Origin: Rhodosorus marinus CCMP1338
Taxonomy: Eukaryota; Plantae; Rhodophyta
Reading direction: 5' to 3'
DNA: 64,000 nt
NCBI GenBank assembly: GCA_029953675.1
Contig: JAMWBK010000002.1
Coordinates: 2,728,001-2,792,000, forward strand
A program made the translations under genes and the position numbers. This document shows positions 48,101 through 60,879 of this stretch, piece after piece. The notes beneath the pieces were generated by a model that saw nothing but the letters and a program-made list of their open reading frames with translations, was not told where the DNA came from and made no database searches. The stretch's first letter is position 1. Every line of letters begins with the position of its first letter.

Positions 48101-51100
48101 AGAAGGAGAACGCTTCCGCACTTTGTGCTTGATGACTTGGGTCCAGAGTCTAGAGGTTTCGTGGAGAACTCGTATCTCCGGGGGTTGACAGCGGCTGAGT
48201 TCTTTTTCCATGCTATGGGCGGACGCGAAGGGCTCATCGACACAGCTGTAAAAACCGCCGAAACAGGTTACATTCAGCGCCGTCTTATGAAGTCCATGGA
48301 GGACATTCTCGTGAAATACGACGGGACTGTTCGGAACTCTATTGGAACAGTGATACAGTTCTTGTACGGAGAGGACGGAATGGATGGGACGCTTGTCGAA
48401 GATCAGGTACGTGCTTGGGTCGTTTATTAGTGGTTAATATCTATGACATTGGCAAATAGCTCTGACATATTACGCACTCATCGCTGCGGTGCAGAATATG
48501 TTTCTGTATAAGCTCGATAGGAAGAAGTTGGAGAAGAGGTTTTTATTGAATAATTTTGACCCGAATTTCGGACTGGCGGAGAACGCACAGCCGTACCTGG
48601 AACAGGATATAATGGACGCAGCTCGATCTGACCTTCACTTGCAAATGCTTCTTCGAGAGGAATACAACCAGCTTCTCGCCGATCAGGACATTCTGCGCGA
48701 AGAGATCCTGAAGTCTGGGGAAACGAAATGCCCTTTGCCTGTAAATATAGACAGACTACTGTGGAATGCAAAGGACCAGTTCAAGATTACCCAGGACAGT
48801 ATCAGTGATCTCCACCCCAAGCAGATTATCGAGGGAGTGAGAGACTTGATCAGGAAGTGCGTGGTCATCCCGCACAAGGAGGATGATTCAACCCTTGATG
48901 AGGAGGGCAAGGTTTTAAACAGGCTGTCTACTGAGGCACAGAGCAACGCGACTCTACTGTTCAGCATTCATCTGCGGTCGCAACTTGCTGTGAAAGCAGT
49001 TCTCGAAGAGCATAGGCTCAGTGTGCAAGCCTTCAGATGGCTTCTCGGAGAGATTGAGAATCAATTTGTCCACTGCATCTGTGCTCCAGGGGAGAGTATT
49101 GGCGCTATAGCGGCGCAGTCGATCGGAGAACCTGCAACACAGATGACGCTTAACACTTTCCATTTCGCCGGCGTATCTGCGAAGAACGTGACGCTTGGAG
49201 TACCTCGGCTGAATGAGCTCATCAACGTCGCGAAGACAACTAAGACGCCATCGCTAACGGTCTATCTTACGTCTGAAACTGCAAAGGACGCAGAGCTCGC
49301 GAAGATCGTTCAAGCTCAACTCCAGCACACAACGCTGAGGAATGTGGCGAAAGCGGTTGAGATTTACTTTGATCCGAACCCCTCCCAGACGGTTGTCCCT
49401 GACGATGAGGAGCTTGTGAGCTCGTACTTTGATCTCCCAGACGAAGAAGTGCAAGTATCGCCTTGGTTGCTTAGAATTGAGCTTTCCCGAGACATGCTGC
49501 TGGATCGGAAGTTAGCGATGAAGCAAGTGAAGGACAAGATTCACGAGAGCTTTCAAAACGACTTGCACGTGATGGCCTCTGAGGACAACATGGAGAACCT
49601 GGTCCTACGAATTCGTCTTGCGGAGCAGCCGGACAAGGGTGGAATAGATGAGATGGAAGAAGAAGAGGAAGATGATGTCGAGAGCGAGGAAGTGTTCCTT
49701 CGAAAGGTCGAGGAATCTTTGGCAGGGATGGATCTGAGCGGTATTCCGGCGATCAAGAAGGTTTTCATGAGAGAAATTGATGTGCAGAGAGTCGATACGT
49801 CCAACAGGGGCTTTTCCAAGAGCAAGGAATGGGTACTCGACACCGATGGTGTGAACCTGCTCGCGGTCATGTCGCACGAGCAAGTGGACTACACCCGGAC
49901 TATATCGAACGACATTACCGAGGTGTTGACAGTGCTGGGAATAGAAGGTGTTCGTGCCGCTCTGTTGAACGAGGTTAGGAACGTTATTTCGTTCGACGGC
50001 GCTTACGTGAACTATCGACATTTAGCCATTTTGGTGGATACAATGACATGCCGGGGTCATTTAATGTCTGTCACACGACATGGAATCAACAGAATTAGCA
50101 CGGGTGCGCTGCAGCGATGCTCCTTCGAGGAGACAACCGACATCTTGCTAGCCGCTGCGGTATACGCGGAGGAGGATAAATTGCAGGGAGTCACACAGAA
50201 TATTATGCTCGGGCAATTAGCACCCCTTGGGACAGGCGATTTCGGAGTACACCTCAACGAATCCGCTTTGACAAGCGCTGTGGTTGACGACACCGCAAAG
50301 CGGCTTTCTCCCACGCAATATGATTTCGCTTTCGCCTCGAGCACACCTGGTATGGCATTGGAAACAGAATCAAATTCAAGGTCCATTTCCTCTTGGGAGT
50401 CAACTAACATTTGGTGCTTGCATGACCAGGCCGGGAAATGTTCGCCGCACCAGCCACGCCAGCGACGAACTTGGACGCTGTCGGAACACCTCACTACGCA
50501 TACAGTCCTGCTAACACTGCGGTGTTCTCTCCGACCGTCGAGGGCTCCTTCAGTCCAACTCCTGGAAGTCCAACGTACGGTGGCGCAAGTCCAGGAGGTT
50601 ACCTGGTGCATACTGGAGCCGAAAGCCCTCACAGAGCTCAGAGCCCGAGCTTGGCGATGCAGAGTCCAAGATATCAACCCGTGAGTCCCGGGAGGTTTGC
50701 TGTCGCATCGCCGGCAGTTGGATACTCACCTACTTCGTAAGTGCTCTAGTGTTTCAAGGTTATTTGCGTGCAACTGCTAACGCTTCGATATCTTTTGCTG
50801 CTGTACAGGCCGACGTATACAGCAGTTTCTCCTGGGCCGGCTGGGTGAGTAGTTTTACCTCTATGATTCAAGAAGTGGCATATCATATGAACACTAAGAC
50901 GGGGTTCTCTCTCTTTGCGTAGAAATGCATATTCCCCAACCTCACCGCGTGCTGGGATCGCTTCGCCTGGTCACGCTGCTTCATACTCTCCGACCTCCCC
51001 ATCGTACTCTCCAACATCGCCTTCTTTCTCCCCGGCGTCTCCTTCATATGCGTAAGTAGTCGTCCGGAGAGGCCCTTTGCCGTTGGGGTGAAGCTACTTC

Positions 51101-51500
51101 TCTAAATTGTTTGCTTACGTTTCGCTAATTTTGACAGGGCAAGAGGATCCGAAGGACGGAGCTATTCCCCGACGAGTCCTGCGTACTCGCCGAGTTCGCC
51201 GGTCGCATCTCCAGCGAGCCCCGCATATTCTCCTCGCTCCCCCGCGGTTCAGTAAGTGTAGAAAGCGAACCAGCTGGGACGTTGGAAATGACGTTCGAGT
51301 GTACTGACCAATGCCTTTTTCGTTTGTTCTGCAGTGTTGGAGGAAGACAAACGGGTGGAGCATACTCCCCAACCAGTCCCATGTACTCGCCTAGGTCTCC
51401 CAACGCAGCATACTCTCCTGCAAGTCCGCAGTACTCGCCGAGCTCTCCCAGCTACTCACCAAGTTCCCCGAGCTATTCTCCTGGGGACCATCGGGACTAA
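45110..51500 (+). CDS. RPB1: RNA polymerase II largest subunit, multi-exon, with degenerate interrupted CTD
   Basis: [35 protein letters not shown], bridge helix [33 protein letters not shown], trigger loop [12 protein letters not shown] and YSPxSPx heptads. Confidence 0.99.
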
Positions 51501-52383
51501 CTCTTGTGACAATAGAATGGCTCCTCACGTAAGTCTGTATAGTATTTGTGCATATGCGGAAGATAGCCGTGTTTCCAGCAACGAGCAGAGCAAAGAGCCA
51601 TATCGATAATTATGTTTGATAACAATTTTGCGGACGAAATAAATACCTGATGGAAACAAGAAGTTTTATTTTGTGCAAAGACCTGTAGCCTTCATTAACA
51701 TGAATCTAACTGTTTGTTTCCTCATCGGGTTCGAGTTTGCTCTTTTCTATCTGAGTACTCCAACATGCCTTTGTTGAGACCACGGGTTATGACGTGCACT
51801 CTTAGAACATCGCGCTCGCTCGAGATTCTGAACTGCATGTCCCGGAAGTTCCAACTCCGTGCGTTTGCTGCGGCCGCGGAGCGAGGCGCGAAATTGGCGG
51901 CGAGAAAGTTCTCTTTTCTTCGTCGGCGAGTTAGCCAAACTCGTGGTCGTCGCCTAGCTACTGTTATAACTGAAACTCAAGATAAGAGACACGCGCTTCC
52001 TCGCTTTGCGACGGGACAATAGCACTCTTAATTGTTCGAGGCCAGTGCTAGCATACTTCGTTGCTCACGGCGTGATTCAACCGCATTCGCTCAATCTGTA
52101 GTGTCTCACAGCTGTAGACTGCGGCGGTCAACCAATGTTCGTTGTGAAGAGAAAGCGGTGAGCTGATCGTGACTGACTAAAGCAGTCTGTTCAGTTGGCC
52201 AGTGTGATTCTAGGTTTGAAGTGCTTCGAAGAGAGGAAACGGGAACTGGGAACGATTCTTCCAAATCGAGCGCGGGCGATCGAATTCTTATCCTTGGGCG
52301 ATAGAGGGATTCAGCGACTTGAACCTTATCGTTGGGAACTTTTTGAAACGAGGAGACCTTAGGACTGTTTTAAACGGGACAAC

Positions 52384-53782
52384 ATGGGCGAAACTGAGAA
52401 CCGTTCAATAGGAGATAAGTCGTCTGGGCTTACGTACACTCAGATTAAAGCGAAGAGGCAGAGGTATATGAGAAAGGTTGCGACTTCTAAGGTGAGAGGA
52501 CCGTGGAGAGATTACGAGTTCTCTTCGATGATAAAAAGTGGAGGAACACGTGGGCCTGGATGCCCTTCTCACTTGACTATGCGTCTTGTTTTACCAAAAC
52601 TGTTGCTTTGCTTCTGGCGTTCTCGATAGGACAAGGGAATCAAATCCAGGCAACGAGGTGTGCTGGTCACGTGTGGAACTAGACAAGAGAGCCAGTGTAT
52701 TAAGGAGTCGTTGCTGCTCTTAAGTGAGTTCGCGGAGAAGCTGATTCCGGGTCTTTTCGATGATGGAAGTAAGGACGATGAGGGCAGTACTGCCGACAAG
52801 ACAAAGGTGAGCAATTGTCGTGAGTCTTTTCTTGTTCGTTTGCCTTCCTCCTACAGTCCTTCTGATTTATGCAATGTGAAAATCTGTTGACTGGATGGTT
52901 TTTCAGAATTTGGAGGATGAACTCGGGAAACTGCGAGATCAGGGGAAGGGCCAAGGGGGAGCTGTATTCTCACGTTCCGATGTCGGTGTTCACGGAACAA
53001 TATTTATCAAGTTCGAGCGAGACGATCTGGATCCTGCCAAGGTAGTAACAGAACTTCTTGATGATGTCCGAGAAACTGGACTGAGCCGATCTCGATACGC
53101 CGTCCGCTTCATACCAGTTCATGATTCTTGTTACGCAAAACCTGCGGAAGCCGCAGCCATGTGTGAGAAGCTCGCGAAAGAGTATGTTCGCACTTGGCAA
53201 ATTCATACTTCTCTGATCCTTGCAGTTATCTCCAATTCATCCCGCCGTTCTCCAGCGGAGTAGAACTTGGCCCTTCAAAATTCTCAAGTAGCTCCCACTT
53301 GCCTTTCGAGCAGGAAGCTACCGCCAGCAAAGGAGGATGCTGAAGACTCAGAAAAACCAACGTTTGCGATAGTCTTCCGAAAGAGCAACAGTTCGATGGC
53401 GCACAGGGAGGATTATATCAAACAGGTTGCGGATGTGATGCCCAAGGGGTACAAGGTAAACCTGAAAAACCCCGACTGGGTATTGGTACTTGAGGTCATG
53501 AAGGCAACGTGCTGTGCGGCGTTGTTAAAGAGATACTACGAGCTCGGCAAGTTCAATATCCAGACGGTTTGTGAGCGATCCCCAAAGGCTGCAAAAGCCG
53601 CGGAGGTAGACAAGCAACCCCAGGCCCAACCACCGCAATCTACCACAGATGTTGAAAAGACGCAGGTAGGCGCAGCCCAGAGTACTGAAGCTTCTGAAAA
53701 AGTCGAAAACGATGAGGACAAGCCCGAAGTGGACAATTCTGAAAAGGTTGGTGAGAAGCAGGAGAATGCTGCTGAGGAATGA
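52384..53782 (+). CDS. THUMPD1: THUMP-domain protein (Tan1/THUMPD1-like tRNA acetylation adaptor), multi-exon
   Basis: GVLVTCGTRQESQCIKESLLLL, SRYAVRFIPVHDSC and TFAIVFRKSN...YKVNLKNPDWVLVLEVMKATC...YYELGKFNI. Confidence 0.85.
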
Positions 53783-54326
53783 GGAGGTATCTCCAAAGTA
53801 CTCGTTCAGCAAGGACCAGGGAACGGGTAATACGCTGTGAACAGCAGGAGCCTGACGAAGTTCTTGGCTTTCTTGACGGCGCTTGTATCGCGACGGTCGA
53901 ACAAGTTCCAAAATGTATCTTGACTAGCTAAGGAACGGCTCTGTGTGTTTCTTTTAGCTCTGTCTGGATATATGCGGGCATGAAAGGGCCACGATTTAAC
54001 CAGGAACTCTCTCTTCCTTTGCTGCGCTGCCGTGGAGCGTGTGTAGCAGGTTGTGTTCGTTTACATAGGTTTTTTTTTAATCGCAAAGCCGTGGTATCCA
54101 CTAGGCGAATTTTAAAAGATTCAATAGGTTTTAAAAGTTAGCTTTTGTACAATCATCGTTTCCGTTGGAACGTAGCCTGCACAAATCCTACTGTCCATCG
54201 CGCATCACTTCCTTGGTCGGAACCGTTCTCGTTAATCCCCGAGACTGACGGGGCCAATTTCCCCGTCCTCTCATGCTCCCAATGTTCTTCTTGAATGCCC
54301 CTCGAAAACTTGGCTAAAAACGGCAT

Positions 54327-55837
54327 TTAGCTCGGCTTCGGCAACGGAATATGTTCGTTCGTCCATTCCACCATATCCCTTACAACATGCTCGAAAACGT
54401 GACCCGGGAATCCAAGGATATCGTGTATGTTCCCTTCGTAAAGTCGCACCTGGTGAATCATCAACTCCAACGTTTAGAAACTCTCTCCCGAATTTCTCGA
54501 ACACAAGCATTAATTGAACCTACCTCTTTGTCGTTACTTCCGACGCTCTCGTGGAAGTCTACACTTCCTCTTGGATCCGTTATCCTGTCCTCTTTGCTAT
54601 GAACCAAGAAGACCGGGAGCCTGAACTTCTTCGCATTGCTCATGATGTTTTCGCACGATTTCAAAATTTCGTATCCCACCCGCGCTCTGAGCGGCTTCCG
54701 AACAATCAAGTTGTCGCGATCTCCGCTGCGTTTCGGGAGATTCGAACTCTCTCTTACTTTCGTGACGCTAGCAAGTGGTGCGAGATTAGCGATCACTGGG
54801 GCAAAAACCTTCAAGAACCAGTTGGGAGCGTGGACCTTGACCGCGGGAGCGGACAACATTACTCCTGTGAATCCAATGAGGTGTGTTTGTTTCTTTCAGC
54901 TGAAAAGTTGCAATGCTCTCGATTAATCAAAAGCTCTAAGTACCATTCCAATCGTTCTTCTTGTCGTCTCTTGCCAAGTGGATTGCCACAGCACCCCCGA
55001 GTGAGTGTCCCAAGATGAATTTGGGCATATCCTTCTTTCCAAAACGACCTACGACTCGGTTGACGTTCAACTTTGCGTCATCCACCAAATGCTTCATTGA
55101 GTGTACGTATCCACGTAAGCCTTCCGATCGACCATGACCATGGAAGTCATGGGTAAACACTGCGTATCCAGATTCAACAAACTGTTTGGCAACGTCCTGG
55201 TACCTAAAATGGTATTAAGTGAAATATGATTTTGCTTAAAAACCCTGGAAGCATGCCTTCTTATAGTTCCTAGACCTCTTACCTGCTTGAGTGCCCGTTT
55301 AGCCCATGAATCATATATACAATACCCCTCGGTTCACTTTGCATTGGTAGCCACTCCTGTGTGAAAATTTTCTGCCCACGCGCGTTGTACATGTAGTAAG
55401 CAGAATAATCAGACCAGTCGCCCGAACTGCCCCCAATTGCTGCTACACCGCGGCCGTTACTGGACGACTCTGGAAGAGGGCAAGCTGCTGCATCTCTCCT
55501 CGATGCTAGACTCGTAGTTCCCCTTCCTGACTGCACCGCATTCAACGCAGTTCTGTACAAGCAACATGGGAAAATACTGGTCAGAAAATTGCAATGCAAA
55601 CCAAATCTCAACAGGAGCTCAAAAAGTTCGAAACAATCCCCACTCCCAGCTCTCGCTTCCCACCGAGCAACCCCAGAATGAAACGAAGATAACTTACTGA
55701 AAAGCGCCCCCAGAGCGGTTCTTCGGCGGCCTCATATCGCGCGGAACAAGCTCCTCCATCTTTGCCTTCCCAAAATTATTCCTCAACTTCTCCATCTGAT
55801 CCGCGCCCCCCGCGCTCCAGCTCATGACCACCTCCAT
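54327..55837 (-). CDS. Alpha/beta hydrolase, monoacylglycerol lipase/lysophospholipase family, multi-exon
   Basis: IHGLNGHS, DFHGHGRSEG, nucleophile elbow GHSLGG, VHSKEDRITDP (Asp) and YEGNIHDIL (His). Confidence 0.92.
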
Positions 55838-58254
55838 CTGGCCCAGTGCTCAAAAATACCAACACCCACAAACCTTTTAAACCCCCTCACCAAACCAGGG
55901 CGCTTCTCCACCCGCCACCACGGCCGCGCGACCACACACAACGCTTTTCTATCACTTCCCTTCAAACGTCATACACTCCAAAGACCATCACCTGCCCTCC
56001 TTCTATCCACCACTCTCAAAGTTATATACACATATACGCATAAAACCTCATCTCCTCAAAACTAAAAAGCAACGAACGAATGCTCGTTCACATACGTTCA
56101 ACCTCCCTCTCACACCTCCCCCACCCCCTCCTTCCTCGAATCCGCAATTCTATAGTTGCAGTGAGTGCTTCCCCTACCAAAAACGCGAATATCCCCTCAA
56201 ACAACAAGAAAAACACTAAAAACGACGATCTCTCTCGACTAAGCCAAAAAAACAACAACGGAGTAATACATCAACAACTAAAACACAAGCAAACATCAAC
56301 CCCCCCCTCCCTCCCTTCCTCCCCCTCCAACGAGAGAACCCTATTATAAAGGTTTTACATATATTTTTACAGTCAAATCCACCAGCGTAGTCAAATTTCA
56401 ACGTCTAATCAATTAGCATCCTTATTTGAATAATATTACTTTTTACTAACTACTTGTATGCTGGATTCTGTTCATTGGCTGGGTGCATGAGCAAATGGTC
56501 AAATATCTTCATTATTCCTGTTCATGGATATTGTTTATTTATAATTTTTATGTATCTGTCTATTTGGTTTATTAGTAGTTTTATAGCGGGGATTTCCTTA
56601 TTTTTATTGTAAAATGGTTATCCTAGATGCCCTCCTCCCCTGCGGGAAGAGATAGGCGATTAGCAGAAGGGGGGGGCTGGGGGGGGGGGGAACGGGCGTG
56701 TGTTACAGTGTTTGCTGCGCACACAAACCCTCCTTTACTTTTTGTTTTTGGGCGCGTATGCTGTGCTGCTTTTTTTTTTTTTTACTTCATTGCAAGTGTT
56801 GTTTTCCGCTGATACTCGCACTTTCAAAAAAACCAAAGAAAAACGCAGGGGTTGATAATCTGCGGCCTTCCGGACGGATTGGTGAAAACCACAGCTTCCT
56901 TTTCCTCAAGTAAAAATACTGATCGACTCGGGAATCTTTAAAGCGAATATTTATCTAAAACTCAATATTCAATAAATTATCAATAATATACATTTATTAA
57001 AATAATCATTGCATATTTTAGACTATTTCGCTCAATTTATGATATAGCAGTTATTTTAGTGTATTTACGAACAATAATTGTATATCCTCTCCAGAACTAG
57101 ATTGATATATTCTATAAAATAGATATTTAAAGTATAATGAGATACAGTTCTAAATCACGGCAACATCCTCTGTATCTGGGAGAGGGGGGTGGACCCGCAC
57201 CCAGGTCAATATTGAAAGTTTTATGATATCTCCAGCAAAGCGGATGAGTCTGTGGTAAAAATGCATTCTTTCCGACATCGAGAGTATCACCTGTTATTCC
57301 CTAAGAGGTATCATTGGTCGAGAAGAATATCGTATCAATCAATCATTGGCTGCATCTTTATTGAATATTGAAAATAGATTGCAACCAAGTCCAAAAAAAA
57401 TAAAAAATTCTGTTGCTTATATGAATTCCTTATTTTCCACAAACGATTTTACGCAGGACCACATCCTGCTCTAGTAATCAAAGCACGACCGATGGGGTTC
57501 CTCGAAATTGATAGGCTTTCTGTTAGTATAGAAAATTTTATTTTGAAATACTTGAAAAATCGAATTTCCCATAGGTTGTTTTTTTGGAGCCGGTCAGGGG
57601 TGAAGGGGCGGGGAGGATGCGGGGGGGGGGGGCGGCCCTGCTGGGAGGACCTAACTCTCCCGGTGGCGGAGAAATTGCTTTTTTACTTCTTCTTCTTCTC
57701 CCCCGATTGATTGGGTTTATTTTTAAAATTTTTTCAATGGCTGAGATCTTTCTGGAGGGTTGTCTCCGATTGAGATTTTGCTTGGATTCACATCTTCCAT
57801 TCGGGAGGGAGCTGAATGTGGAATCGTGTGTGAGAAAGGGAGGGGGGGGTTGAGAGACAGGGGTTTGTTCGGGGGAGATGTGAAAACCTGAATGGCTGGA
57901 TTGTGGAGGCCGAATTTCTTGGTTAGAATTCTTGCTGGCTTTCTGGCTTGATCCACATGACTTATTGAGCAGATACAAATCTCCTCACGGAATCCCCACC
58001 AATGACATCGTTACCCATGGGGTATAAGCTTGGAGCACTACTACAAGCAAGTGTGACCTGCTTCCAGTGAATTGCTACCATCCCCTAGTGGTGGTGGGCG
58101 GATACTCTGGTTTTCGTGCATGGGATGTACACCCCAACAACATCGATAGAATAGTCAGAGCGATGTAGCTCCACCCGAACGGGTGCGCACCGAACGCGAG
58201 GGTCAATGTCTGTCGCCGTTCATCTTCTCGTCCGATAATTGCTTTTACAGTATG

Positions 58255-60100
58255 CTACAAGCTTATCTCAATGCTGAGTACATGCGGTTCAAGAGTCCTA
58301 ATATTCACAAAGACTACTTCACGCGTGCGTGAAAACGAAGGTACAGTGATAATTCTTACTGACGAAGTCCCTTCCGAGACGACTGTCGTAGAAAACGAGG
58401 GCTGGTTGGCGGCGAAGAACAAGTTTGGCCATTCTTTCATAACAAATGGGTCCTGTCGCAAAGAAGCGGAGTGTTGGCCACCGCAGTCATCAGTCGACGA
58501 GAGCTATAGCAAAAATCCTCTGTGAGCAGTACTTACGGTGCTGCTAAAGGGGTACGAAGCGAGAGTATCTGGTGCCGTCGGTGCGATGTGGCCAAACCTC
58601 AACATGCTCTCAAGCACGTCCAGTCGCTGCGCACTTTCCTCCGCGGGTTTATTTACAGGCGGAAGGTAGCTGCAGGCAACATACAATGCGCTTAGCACGG
58701 TGCAAAACGGAGCCGCTCCTAATCTTGTCCGGATTTAACTATACCTCATGTAATCATCAACATTTTGTCCGCTGGTCCCGAGGAACGTTTGTCCTCCAAG
58801 TGAAAATTCCGAGGGATTTGTTGACCTGTGCACTGATGTGAACTTTGTACTGTCCGGTATAAGGCATGGATGGAAAGCCTGTTGCGGCAGAAGGTAGTTA
58901 ACAGGATCGTTTTCGCCAGGCATTAGCTCCATGGGAATCGCAGAAGCTACACCACACAGAAACCTGCAAATCCAGAGCTTTAGAAGTCGTGATATCATCT
59001 GCTTGTAGAGCACCGATCTTATCAACAACGTACCTGTCCAACTCGCGCATAGGAAATGCTGCTTCGTCCTGTGCTTTCCGATCGATAGCCTTGTGCGACT
59101 TCAGATACTCTCCTTTGTCGGATCCGTCCTTTGCTCGGCATACCGAATTACCTATATTGAGGGACAGAAGGACGCGGACCAGTTAACACCATCTCTGCCC
59201 CAGTGATGGGGTACACGAGCACACCTGCAACAATCACGTGCGCGAGCTTGAAGTTTTCTGTTGCATCTGCAAGAGCAGCACCCTTCAGAGTTTCAAGCAG
59301 CAGGTCAGCGTACAGAGGATTCATGGTCTCATCGCCGAAGCCGAGTCCAGATACTATGCATACGTAAGCATCGTCTTCGGATATCGAGGTGGTAGGTTGC
59401 GGCAGAACAGAAACCGGACATACCCCAGCTACACTGAAAAGTCCCTTCTTCGTTTTGGTACCTTTCACGGCAACTATCAATCCGCTGACCTGGGGTCGCC
59501 AAAAAAGCAGGGTGTGTCGGTCTACTCCGTACGGCTTTGGGACTGCGCTGGGAATGCGCTCGTTTTCTGCTTACCAAGAATTCTTCTCGGAGGTCTTTCA
59601 GGATTTCGCGTTCCTCGTGGAACTCGAGCTGAATCCTGCCTGTTTCATCCTCCAGAATCAACGCGTCTGATTCATCTGCGTAGAGCTTCTCCGCTCTCCT
59701 CGGAGGGTTCGGCATCATCGCTGCGCCATGCTTCGCATACTCCTGAAGGATACTGGGCTTCAGCTTCATCTCCTTGAAAAGTATTCCGACCACAACGCTC
59801 TCCGCACCATCTTTTGCTTGCACCATTCTTTCCATAATACTGTCCTCTTGGAGTGAACTGGGTTGAATCAGAGGCGAGATCAGCGTTCAGCAAACGAGAA
59901 CAACCTTTCCTATTTTCAAGACATCCTAACCTCCATCGTTGTAAAGCTGCTTTCTTGAGCTGCTCCCTCATCATGTTCAGCCTGTTGAAATACACCTGCG
60001 AGTACTGCTGACCGTACTTCCGCTCTCCCAACTCGAACCTCTGCCATTTCTCTTCATAAGTGAGCTCCTTACGGACCACGCAAGCGTCTACTTGAGCCAT
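58255..60100 (-). CDS. POLD2: DNA polymerase delta small subunit, multi-exon
   Basis: YGQQYSQVYFNRL, LILEDETGRIQL, VSGLGFG, LMPGENDPVNYLLPQQAFHPCL, RFGHIAPTAPDTLASYPF and DPFVMKEWPNLFFAANQ. Confidence 0.96.
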
Positions 60101-60879
60101 TTCTAGTTAGGTCTTGAAGTCAAACCCTCACTCCATCCGAACGGAACCAATCAGTCCATCTCAACAAATCAGCAGAGTATTTGAGCGCTATGCAGTCACT
60201 CAGCTTGTGAGGAGGCGGGAGAAGGTTTGTTTCTTCTTGAAAATGGCTATCGGTAAAGACACAGTTATCCGCATAAATCTACACCAGGGCGTTTGATCAT
60301 TTCAGTTCGCAATTCGTTCAATTTGTAGTGCTCAACAGTCCGAACGGTCTCACTTCTCAAGCCGTTCCAGGGCGTTGATCACACGCAGACGCCTGCTTCG
60401 CGAGGATCATGAAGTTTCCCTCGCTTGTCAATGTTTGGAGATATAGAAGGCTCTCTGCGAAGATCTAGTGAATTGTCACGTACAGATTCTTGTCATCTGA
60501 CTCCAGCTTGTGTTGATGGTCTCTCGTTTTCACGAACTCTTCGCTCTGCGGGAGACAGGTTGCGCAAACGGGCTCAAGTCGGGCGTGTTAGGACCACCAG
60601 CTAAGTGGCCCCACACCCAACCCCTCCGGGCAAAACAAAGAAAATCTTCATGCGGATTGCTGAATATGATTTATAGAAATAAAAATAAAGCTTTTCTGTT
60701 TCTGGCCGTTGTAAAAAGGGGTGGTCGGAATAGAGTCTGGAGATAGATGGCGGGAAACTGCCTCCCACGTTCCACGTTTCGGGGATGGTCAAGGCAGCGT
60801 GAAGGCACCGTGTGTCGTTTGTTCTCATAGACAAAAAAATTACAAGCGTTTAGTTGGTAAACGATTTAAAGAAGAAAGC

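Noticed and set aside
5413-50677. Many long antisense or overlapping ORFs in the six-frame track (e.g. 50057-50677, 47750-48211, 32621-33331)
   Set aside because: They are shadows of well-supported genes on the opposite strand or in another frame.
5355-60100. Apparent cluster of nuclear-maintenance genes (XPF, securin-like, UBA2, SPT2, RPB1, POLD2)
   Set aside because: They are interspersed with unrelated metabolic genes. This is expected by chance in a gene-dense genome.
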